The position numbers and the translations under genes are program-made. Below the pieces are notes generated by a model. It did not search any database. It was given only the letters and a program-made list of their open reading frames with translations, and was not told the DNA's origin. From Camelus ferus (lineage: Eukaryota), in NCBI RefSeq assembly GCF_009834535.1, contig NC_045696.1, forward strand, positions 67,396,001-67,460,000: DNA of 64,000 nt, in the 5' to 3' direction. Below are positions 47,837 through 58,250 of this stretch, piece after piece. How positions within the stretch are numbered: the first letter of the stretch is position 1; the number at the start of each line of letters is the position of its first letter.

Positions 47837-50800
47837 AAAAGCGCTCAGGCCTGGGCCCATCACCTGGGGCCAGGCACAGCTAGGAAGGGCTGAGGACCGG
47901 AGGGGAGCAGCTCAGGGTTGCTGTGCAAGAGGACGGATATGGAGGGGATGGGCAGAAGCAACAGCTTAGGCCCCTTGTATCTTCAGCCTCTGGGCCTTCA
48001 GGGAGGAGCAGCTTGGCTTCCATGGCCCCTGGCGGTGGCTAGTAAGGATCTAAGTCTGACACTGGCATTCTGAAAGGGCCGCTGGGTGCAGCCAGGACAG
48101 GCAGGGCTCCTGGCCGGGACTCCGTACGCAGGCCATGGAAGGGATCTCTGGGGCTGGAGATGGGCAGGAACTGCCCCTCAGCAGAGTGAAGTTTGCAGGG
48201 TTGGGGCAGGAAAAAGGACAGGCATAGAATTTCAGGCCTCAGAGTCTGAGGTGTCTTTGAGGGTTCTGGGCACCAATCTGAACTGGAGGCCATTCAGAGA
48301 GAATCCGTGTTTCCTCCAGCACCCAGAGAGAGGGAAAGGATTGGGGAATGCCTGGAACATGACTGGACTTGGTTGGAGGCCTACAGGAGTCACTTCCTTC
48401 CCTGCAGTCTCTGGAAATAAGCCCACAGGTCCCTCATTCTGGGCTTTCTTGGGTGAAGCAGGAGAGGTCACTGCTGGGCAGGGTCCTGCCAAGTTCTCAT
48501 GGCACAAATCCAGGAGCTCACAGGTGGAAGGACCAGATCATGAGAGTACGATTTAGGGCAGCTGTCCTGGACAGACTGGGAGGGCCTGGAAGGGTCAAGC
48601 AACAGTTAACCCCTCCCACATCCATATCTCTTCCCCCAAAGGCTACAAGAAACCCACTTGTCAGGAGAACACAAGTCTAAGCAAAGGCAGAAAACTACCC
48701 GGCTGGGTGGTAAGTCAGGGAGGTCCTGGGGGGTCCCAGGTGACAAGCAGAGCATGGCTGTGTGACTGGGGACAAGCCGTGAGCAGAGATTCTGGTAGTT
48801 CTGGGTGTCGGGGGACCTGGGGGCAGGTACAGTTCCCACACCTGGTCCAGATTGGGGGCAGGCTAGCTCCCACTAGGATGGGGAAGAGAAGTCAAGGATG
48901 TTAGCTGGGAGACAGGATTCCATTCCAAGAGTTTTGAAGGCAGGATCTCAGGTGGAGGAGGAGCAAGACTGGACCTAGGTTCCAAAGGCAGGAATCGCAG
49001 CGCCAGGGCCAAAGCGGACGGGCAGCCACGCTGACTTGGGCTTACTTCCCAAAGCGACTGACCCAGGGCTTCTTAAACACTAACTGATTTTTTCCTTAAT
49101 AAAAATAAGATTCATGTACCACAGTAACTAGAGCCAGGCTGAGCCTTTACCGGCTCTATGCGGAATCTGGTACAAGTTACTGGAAGGAGGCTGGAGAGCC
49201 AGGAGGGGTCTGGGAGCGCCCACCACTAGATCCCTGCTTGGCCTTTCATAAACCTCATCGCCAGCTTGGGCCTTAGAGACCTCATGAGTGTAAGGGGCTG
49301 CTGGGTCACAGCAGAGCTTTCCAAACTGTTGTCCGTGAAGCCCAGCAATCTGAGCAGGTGCCCATGGGCCTTTATGGGAGTCAGACAAGGGAGACCAGAA
49401 ACCCCCTACCCACAGCTGCCTGGAGCACTTCCATTTTTAAGCTTGACACATTGGGTTTCCATGTAGGATTCTACAGAGAATCCGCAACAAGAAAAGGAAT
49501 GAAAGGGAAAGGAAAGGGGGAAACAAAGAATAGAAAAGGAAAGGAAAGGAAAGAAAGAAGAGAAGACAAGGGTTCTGAGCTGGAGGATCTCCAAGCTGCT
49601 TCGGTCTCATTCTTCTCTGACTCATCACGGTGCTCTTCTGCCCACATTTTCCAGAACCACTTCTGTTCCTTTCCGCCATCCTCTCAGGGAACAAGCCATC
49701 CAGAAGCCCAGAAAAAGCCACTGGTTCGATCTCATTTCCCAGCTCAGAGGAGGGCTGGCGCACAGAGGAGGAAATTGGGGGGTTTATGTGGGCTGGGAGG
49801 GAACAGATTTGAGGCCCTGAGCTGTAAATCAGGCTCAGAGGTTTGGATTCCTTGCTGCGTGACCCTCAGATGCCCCCTCCACTCCAGACACCGGCATGCT
49901 AACACCCAGGCTGTCCCTGGAAGCCGGGCCCACTCTGACGAGTTGTTTTGATTTTTCAGGAAAATCTACTCAAAGCCAAACCTTCCCTCCCAAAAACAAC
50001 ACAGGCAGGGATTTTCGATGTGCTGAGAGATGAAGGGTTTGGGTCTCTATGCCACGGTCCGGCCGGTGAGACGCACAGACAAGATCCACACCTGAGACAG
50101 CACCTATGGCTCCTCCCTGCTTCTTCTCTTTGCTCTACACACCTCCCAGTCCGGCCAAGGCTCTGGGCTTCCTGACATATTTTAAATAGCTTTGCTCTCC
50201 CACTTGCCAACCTGACAACACCCAACCCACTGGTCCAGGAATTCCACAATTGCTTGGAGATGGGGCAAGTCCAGCTTGAACTGGGGACCTCCGTCATGGG
50301 CACACACACCACCCAGAGAGAGCACTCTGCTGCCCCTCACCCAAGAGGAGGATTGGTTGACACCATCTGAGCCTGTCGGGTAGCGGGGTGAGCTCTAGGC
50401 CAGGAGTCAGAAGAGGAAATCCTTGGAGCCAGCACCCACGGACCCTCCCTCCCTGTGAGGGCCAGTGACTCAGTTCCTCTTTCCAAACCTGTTTCCTCAC
50501 CCATGAAATGTGGGAGAGCCTTCACTCTCTCAACCAGTATTAACCACGTGCCTGCTCTCTGGTGAAGTGGTTCTCCCTGACCAAGTTCACAGCTCAAGGA
50601 ATGGCATGGAAGTCCCATCAGTGGAATTCACTCTGGAGTCAGCAGGGTATCTGATGTCAAAGGCAGTCCTGCCTCTGGAAGGAAGATGAATGAGAGGTGT
50701 TCTCACCCCTTGTAAAGCTCGCAGTGCAGCGAAGGGAAGTGTGATGGCCAAGGATCATCGCCTAACAGCGTGGTGAATGCCCCGTTAGTTCTTCCCTGCT

Positions 50801-50859
50801 GTGATGTGGGCACACAGAGGCCGGTCCTCCAGTCTGTGCCCCTGAAGAAGTCACAGCTC

Positions 50860-51300
50860 AGTTGAATTTTGAAGGCTGAGCACTGAGCAGGGAAAGGGAG
50901 ATGCAGAGAAGAATATGGAAAGGAGAGAGTTTGGTGGGCTGGAGGATTTCAAGTAATTCCTGGAGGACGAGACGCTGCGGGGTGAGAAGGGCAGGGATGA
51001 GGTAAATCAGATCTCCGTGTGTTTCAGCTTCTGGGCTTTACTCTTTCCTTCCTGTTGTTGTTATTTTCCTGAAGGCAATGGGGAAATGCTGCAATGCAGG
51101 AGAATATGATCATCACATTCGTATTTTAGAAATCAAAGCTGGCTGTCTTGTAGGGCATGGTTTGGAGAGGAGAAGAAGTGGAAGGCGAGGAGATCACTCA
51201 GGAAGCAAGTACAGGAGGTGACGGTGTCGCCACCCCTGCCAGGCAGGATGGGAATGAAAGAGGAAGCAAACTCGAAGACTAGAGTAAGGGCTGTGAGTAG
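50860..51300 (-). mobile_element. L2 fragment
   Basis: gttgaattttgaagg, tattttcctgaaggcaatgggga..gcaggagaatatgatc..gtattttagaaa..ctggctg. Confidence 0.6.
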
Positions 51301-51880
51301 AGGAGCCGTCTCCATTTCTGACTTTCTAGGACTCGACAGCTAAAGAAATCTGCCCGCACGCACTCCACCTCCCACTTTTCCCCACCCTTCCTCCCACCTC
51401 CCACACACCCCGAAGTCTGGCCGGACCCTCCCACTCCCAGGCTGGGATAAGAGGTGTGGCAGCGGGCCCAGGAGTCCCCGCCATCCTCTCCCCCAGCACG
51501 TTCTGCTGCCTGAGCAGTTGGCTGCCGCCATGAGTGTTAATTGGAGAGACATCTGAAGTGACCAGACTGGTTACTCCACAGCCATGATAGACACACTCCA
51601 TCTGCTCTAACAAGGCGCGTCTCCGGCACACAGGAGGCCAGCTCCCTTCCCTGAGCCCGGGACTTGTGAGAAGTGAGACTCACAGAAGTTAGATTTATAG
51701 GCTTTCAGACTGAAGACCCCCCCAGGGAACACTGAGCCCAAGCTCTGGTTTGATGAGAAGAAAACTTAAGGCCGAGCATCTCTCAGGGTTACTCTCAGAC
51801 TCAGGGCCTGGAGGTCTGCCCGCCCGTCCTCTGTAGGTCAGGTGTGTGGCCAGGGCACTGAGCTTCTAAAATCGTAAGCT

Positions 51881-52288
51881 ACAGGGAACTATATTTAGTA
51901 CCTTGTAATAGTGTATAATGAAAAAAATGTGAAAAGGAATATATATATATATATGTGTGTGTGGTGTATGAACCACTATGCTGTACACCAGAAACTAACA
52001 CAACATTGTAAACTAACTATATTTCAATTAAAAAATTAAAAATTGAAAATTAAAAATAAATAAATAAATAAAATAAACAACAAGGTCCTACTGTAGAGCA
52101 CAGGGGACTCTATTCAATACCTTGTAATAGCCTATAATGAAAAAGAGAGTATGAAAAGGAATATATATGTATCTGTATAACTGAACTCATATGCTGTATA
52201 CCAGAAGCTAACATTGTAAACCAACTACACTTCAATTTAAAAAAATAAATAAAATACAATAGAAGTTTAAAAAATTTAAAAATAAAAA
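51881..52288 (+). mobile_element. Two tandem young L1 3' ends (about 51881-52071 and 52072-52288)
   Basis: Both carry (c)acaggg.act.tatt..taccttgtaatag..tataatgaaaaa..tgctgta.accagaa..acattgtaaac plus an A-rich tail; outer TSD taaaatcgtaagct (51867-51880) / taaaatcatgagct (52289-52302). Confidence 0.9.
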
Positions 52289-53849
52289 TAAAATCATGAG
52301 CTGACCAGAATTGTGCCTGCCACAGACCTGCTCAAACTGTCCTCTAACTGGTAAGTGTCATGACTAGACTTTAGGATGAAATTTTCATAGAACCCATCAA
52401 TTTCTTGGAAATGTTTTATTTAAGTTACTCTATTATCTAGCTGGAAGGGACTTTAGAAATAGTTCAGTCCAATGACATTCTCAATGGTATTTGCTTATTT
52501 AGTGTTTGTTTTGTTTTATTTTAGCAGCAGAGCCTTTTTCAGGTGGTGAAGCTGAGGCTCAGAAAGGAGACACTTGGGCAGGATGACATTAGTGAGTAAG
52601 TAACATAATACGGTTGGAACCAAGCTCTTGGAACCCCAAGCACATATTCCACTTCTATCATCTTGTTTGGTCTTCCCAACAACTCCCACTGCTGCCCACC
52701 CTCGGGCCCACCACTGATGGGGACAGGGAGGAGGAAAGCTCCATGATGAATAAGCGTCTGTCTGATTTTAAGCTCTAAAATCTTCCAGAACAGACTCTTT
52801 TAATATTACCTAATAGTGACATGGCATTGTCTAATTATTTATTCAGTCTCACACATATAATCCAATGTTCACTGTGAAGAATGTCGTGTACGCCCATTTT
52901 ACAGAAGACGCAGAGAAAAGAGGAGTGAATGACCACACAGTCAGCAAGAGGGAGGGCCAAGAGCCAGCTGTGTCAGTGCTCGGGCCCCACCAGGGGCCCC
53001 TGTACCCAGGAGCTCCCGCTCATCCTGACAGTGCCCACACTCTCCTCAGTCGCCTTTGCAGACTGAACTCCAGGGTGAAGGGCGAGAGCCCCAGTTGCTA
53101 AGCCGCAGCGTCACATATAACACTGCCACTCCCGTGATCGTAGTTCATCAACGGGGAGACGGAGGTCATTAAAGAGACTAGTCTGGGACCTGCAATTAAC
53201 TGGGAGCAAAAGCTTCCTGAGGAGCCAGCAGCAGCTGGAGGTCTCGGTGAAGAGAAGAGGGACATCTCCTTCCTGAGAATCACATAACACCGGGACGCCC
53301 CAGCACGGCCTCCTCTGCAGCCCTGGTGCTGAGGAGGTAAGCAGGTTGGCCATGTCCGCCAGAAGGACAAAAGCGAAGCTGTGTGGCCCGTCCTGACATC
53401 AGCAGGGTCTGCAGTGCAGGTAAGACTGGGTGCCGGGACGACTAACTAGGTGCTCGTAGAAGGCCCTGGTCATCTGTGGGCGCATCCTCCATCTGGATGG
53501 GGGACAGAGGACCAAGCCCGGGAGAGACTCGGGACAGGTCATCCCCTTCCACCAAGGACACTTTCAGAATACGTTAAATCTGGCTACAGTGACCCTGAGA
53601 GGGAGAGAAAGCTGTGCAAAATGCAGCTCTAAGCAAGACTATGGCTTTTTATGGAAGGGGGCTTCAAACACATCCTAATTTAGCCTATTTTTGATCATGT
53701 GGTGATTGAGTCACTTGGCAATGACAGCTGCCTGATTCTTGGAAGCAGCTAACAACTCTCCCACGACAGTAATAGTGATAAAAATAATAAGAATAGCAGT
53801 GGGAGTTATTAGTATACATATATATTCCAATAACTACTATGATTTTAAG

Positions 53850-54050
53850 GACAGCTAACAGATATAAACGGTTTTTAGCCTACGACAGTCTTACTGCTCA
53901 TTACTGCATTTGCTTTTCACAAAACTCATAAGCAGGGCAGCAATGGCAACCACACTCATTTGACAGAAGAAGAAACAGGCCCAGGGACTAGGAGTGGGTC
54001 ACCCAAGTCACAGTAAATTAGTGGCAGAGCAGCCAGGATTTGGAGCTGGG
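53850..54050 (-). mobile_element. MIR SINE
   Basis: catttgacagaagaagaaacaggcccag..cccaagtcacag..tagtggcagagc..ccaggatttg. Confidence 0.7.
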
Positions 54051-55162
54051 AGAAGAGAGGAGCAAAGTTTAGTCATCTGGACCCACCAAGTCCCACAGAA
54101 GAGGGGTGTGGATTTCCCTTTGGAAAGGGATGCTTTTTGTCCATCCTCCTGAGCAAGGAGACATTGGAAGACTGCACTGTTGAATGGGGAGTCAAGACTC
54201 CCAGAGACCCAGCTGTGCATGTGGGATGTGCCTTAAAGAAACACTTTAAAAGGGGAGATTCTCACCTCTGAGCCTTGAGCACAGAGTGGACAACTTTCAC
54301 AGCTGCCGTGGTTTCACCTACGTGACAGATGCCAGAGAACCAATGGAACAGAATGAACAAAAGGCCATGTAGATGCACCTCTGGCATCGCTCCTAAATCA
54401 CGCTTACTCTCTGCCTTGTCTGTCGGCTCCTGCTGCTCCGATATGAGAACCTTCTTGATGTCCAAGACTTTATCTTTTCTTTCTGTGTCCTCAATGCCGA
54501 TTACACTGCCAGGCACACAGCAGTGTGTGGTATGTGCTGAACTCATGTGTGCATAGAGGAATAAATGGGTACATCAAGACGCAACTGACTTGGGACCTGG
54601 GGAGACAGGAAATGCAACTCAACTGAGATAACCTGCTCCTTGGTGCCAAGAACTTGGTCTCTGTGGGTCCTTCCCTATTGGACCTCTAATATGTATTCTC
54701 TCAGAAAGTTCAGTGAGAACAAAAACATCATGGAGTCTGGAAGAGGAAAGGTTAAATAGTGGCGTAAGCCCCAAGGCATCACGATCAGGCACTGCTTAAT
54801 AAATGCTGCATAGATGTGCCCCCACCACACCAGGCCTGGCAACGCAATGTTGCTAACCTGCTGGAAACCCAGCCACCTGAAATGATGCCCTGTCGCGGTT
54901 CCAGCCCACCTGGCTTCACACAGACAACAGTTTTATTCTAGTTCTGGGACTTCACCCAAAAGACTATTTGATTTAAATGCAAATACCCCAAAGAGGGCAT
55001 TGGATTTAAATTCAAAAGCATAGCAGGTATCTACATGTGAAAAGCTCTGTGTTGGGTGCCCAGGGGATAAGACAACTAATCTGATTGGTCCTTCTTTCAA
55101 GGAGTTTGCAATATTATGAAAGACAAGATAGTACCAGGCAAATAAATAAATGTTAAGTAGAG

Positions 55163-55621
55163 AATATTAGTTCCCTCTTGCAGCTTTAAAAAATTACCAC
55201 CCACTTAATGGCTTTAACTGACACAAATCTATTGTTAGACAGCTAGCTCTGGAGGTCAGAAGTTTAAAATGAGGCCGCTGGGCTGTGTTGTTTACAGATG
55301 CTCCAGGGGAGAATCTCTTTCCTTATCTTTTCCAGCTTCTAGCGGCCAACTGCATTTCTTGGCTCCCTGCCTCCTTCCTGCGTCTTCAAAGCCATCGGTG
55401 GAGCAGCCTCTCTCCTCTCTGACCTCCTGCTGCCCTTTTATAAGGACCCTTGTGATTACACTGGATCCACCTGGAGAATCCAGGATAATTTTCCCATTTC
55501 AATCAAGATCCTTAATTTAATAACATCTGCACACTTCCTTTTGCCAGGTGAGATAACATGGTCCCAGATTCTGGGGATTAGCACACGGGTGCTGTCCGGG
55601 ACCATCATTCTGTCGAGGACA
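55163..55621 (-). mobile_element. MaLR solo LTR, MLT1D-like
   Basis: aaattaccac..tctggaggtcagaagt..aggggagaatc..ccagcttctag..taaggacccttgtgattacactgg..atccaggataat..caagatccttaatttaat..acatctgca; TSD tagag (55158-55162) / taaag (55622-55626). Confidence 0.92.
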
Positions 55622-55927
55622 TAAAGGAACAGTTAGAAGCTTTGGGAGGACAAAGAAAGCCACGGTGAATTCCAGCAAGACGCTTGGGGTCAGAAGGGCA
55701 TCACAAAGGAGGCAGCATTTGGACTGATCCTGAAGGACAGGTAGGATTTTCTAGGGCAAGAAGACCAAGGAAATGATGACAGATAATCAGGTGAGAGTGG
55801 ACTATAAGATCTAAGAATATAAAATACAAGATCATGGGAGGGAAGCAGTGGCAAAAGAGGCTACTGGAATCATCGAGGCCAAACTGAGGATCGCCGCCAG
55901 TGCCCCGTGAAACCATTTGTGTTCTTT

Positions 55928-56153
55928 TTTTTAAATTTTTAAAAATTTTTATTTAAAAATTTTTAAATTTTAATATATTTTTATTGAAGTATAGTCAATT
56001 TACAATGTTGTGTCAGTTTCTGGTGTACAGCACAATGCTTCAGTCATATAGAAACATACATATATTCGTTTTCATATTCTTTTTCAACATAAGTTACTAC
56101 AAGATATTGAATATAGTGCCCTGTGCTATGCAATAGAAACTTGTTGTTTATCT
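55928..56153 (-). mobile_element. Young L1 3' UTR, 5'-truncated, with a perfect TSD
   Basis: ttattgaagtatagtcaatttacaatgttgtgtcagtttctggtgtacagc..tattgaatatagtgccctgtgctat; 13-bp TSD atttgtgttcttt at 55915-55927 and 56154-56166. Confidence 0.93.
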
Positions 56154-56959
56154 ATTTGTGTTCTTTACGCAGGGAGTCCTCAAACATTTTTTAAAAATAT
56201 CCTGTCCTTCTAACGACAACATGAGGTGCAGAAGAGTAAGGCAATCTGTTTGAAGTTGTAGTAGCCAGACCAAAAGATGATGACCTAAACCACTGGCAGT
56301 GGGGCTGGAAGAGAGAGGGAGGTGTAGTGACACTGAAAAGCTAAATTGCATATAGAAGGAGGAACCTGGCAGAGACAGAGCTATGAATACAATAACTTGA
56401 TACCCTTGTACTAGATGAACCATTAGCCAAAGTGTGTATAGGAAAAGAGGTTTGGGGGAGGAAGGGAGGGCTTCAGGTTAGGACATGCTGTTGAATCCAA
56501 GGTGCCTGTGAGGCATCACAAGTGGAGATGCCAGCAGGTCGGTGGGGGTTCAGAATTGGACGGTCACGTACCTCTGGCGGCAACACATCTGTCTGGTGCA
56601 CGGGTCGCGGCTAACATAAGTTTTTAAATGAGGTGCTGAGAATTGTCATCATGTGGCAGAAATTCCAGTTCTCAAAATCGGAGGAATCTTGACAAGAAGA
56701 CACACCGCCACCCCTAGGCTAGCGATTCTCAGACATGATGTTTCCAGGGGGCCACAATGAGGGAGCAATTGTGTGTGCTGTCTTCAAAGAAACAGGAACA
56801 GAGCCCCTGTGTCCCCGTGATCAAAGCCAGCCTGTGCAGGGCTCAGGCTGTGAGCAGAGGCAGGGAAGAGTGGGTGAGAAGACAGAGCTATCTTGGGGGG
56901 GGGGGCTCCCTCCCCTCCATATGTATGGGTTCCACCCCAACCCCCCTTCTACTTTCCTC

Positions 56960-57330
56960 CCTCCATGATCGATTGCCTCTCCTTCCACTTAGATTGCTTT
57001 CTCTCTTTCCCATCAAGGCTCAGCTCAGATGCCACTTCCTCTGTGAAGCCTTCCATGATTCACCTGTAAGGACATAATACTCTCTCCCTACCACTGGTTA
57101 TATTTTTAAATGATTTCCTGCCTGTAGTATCTAGTATAATCATCTGTGTTAATAAGTATTACAATCAGTATTAAAACATTTTTGTATTTAAGGCTCTCTT
57201 CTTCACCAAACTCAGAATTTCTTGAGAGTGCAGGTTTCGCCTGATCCATTTCTGTGAGCACACTAGCCCCTTACATAACGCCCTGAACACCGTCAGTGCT
57301 CCTTAAATGCAGGGTGAATGGATTAAAAAT
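56960..57330 (+). mobile_element. L2 3' region
   Basis: catcaaggctcagctcagatgccacttcctctgtgaagccttcc..tttcttgagagtgcagg..gtgaatggat. Confidence 0.7.
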
Positions 57331-57861
57331 AGTTGGTTGGGCACTTATGTTATCCCTTCCTCTCTCTCCCGCCCTTTAATAAACAGACTTTGAGTGACAT
57401 CCTTGTGGGCAGGGGTCCGTTCTTACTAAACTCCCAAAGCATCCCTTATGGATACTTTTCAGATGGCCGGAGCTCAGCCAATTATCATTGAACTCAGTTG
57501 TGCTGACGACTACCATAGTGAAGAGACCTAGAATAGCGCGCCCTGGGGCATAAGCCTGTTGAACCAGTACGCATGAGACATCTTTAGGGCAGGAACTCTG
57601 CCTGTCTGATTCTCAGCAGTAGCTCCCTATTTTGTGTTTGTCATATTCTAGGTACTTGATATTCGCTGAGTGTTTGACTACCTATAAGACAGAAAAACAA
57701 CAGAAAGTAAGAAGGATGATTTCTAAGAAAATTCTCTCTCTCCTAACTGTACAACTGTACATTTCATTCTGCATGCCTTGGAAATTCTGAAATGAAATAG
57801 AAATTTCAGTTCCCATCATTACTGCAATGGCTTGTTCTTTGATATATAGTTGCATTTTCTT

Positions 57862-58017
57862 GGGGGAGGGTATAGCTCAAGCGGGAGAGTGCATGCTTAA
57901 CATGCAGGAGGTTCTGGATTCAATCCCCAGTACCTCCTCTAAAAATAAATAAAATAAATAAACCTAATTACCTCTTCCCCCTTAAAAAAAAAAAAGAAAA
58001 GAAAAGAAAAAAGAAAA
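57862..58017 (+). mobile_element. tRNA-Ala-derived camelid SINE (Vic-1-like)
   Basis: ggggagggtatagctcaagcgg.agagtgcatgcttaacatgcaggaggttctggattcaatccccagtacctcc with box A (57873-57884), a mutated box B, aacctaattacctc and an A-rich tail; TSD tgcattttct at 57851-57860 and 58018-58027. Confidence 0.88.
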
Positions 58018-58084
58018 TGCATTTTCTCAAACAAAATTTTAAATAAATTTTTTTCAATTTAAAAAAAAGAAAAAATGCATTTTT

Positions 58085-58250
58085 CACTTGATTCTGCAAC
58101 CACCTGTGGGGAAGGGGAAATTATAGTTACCTTATTGTACAAGTCAGAAAACTTAAAGCTCAGAGAGGTAAAGTGATTAGCCCAGGGTCACAGAGCTGTG
58201 GCCAAAACTCCGGGTCTCTTGAACCCAAGTTCTATGCTTTCCCATTAGAC
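58085..58250 (-). mobile_element. MIR SINE
   Basis: gctcagagaggtaaagtgattagcccagggtcacagagc. Confidence 0.7.

Noticed and set aside
49358..49951. 197-aa ORF
   Set aside because: It runs through a purine-rich simple tract that gives K/G/E/R runs; no recognisable protein
57862..57937. tRNA-Ala gene
   Set aside because: It has a SINE body, A-rich tail and TSD, a mutated box B and imperfect stems, so it is a SINE rather than a tRNA gene
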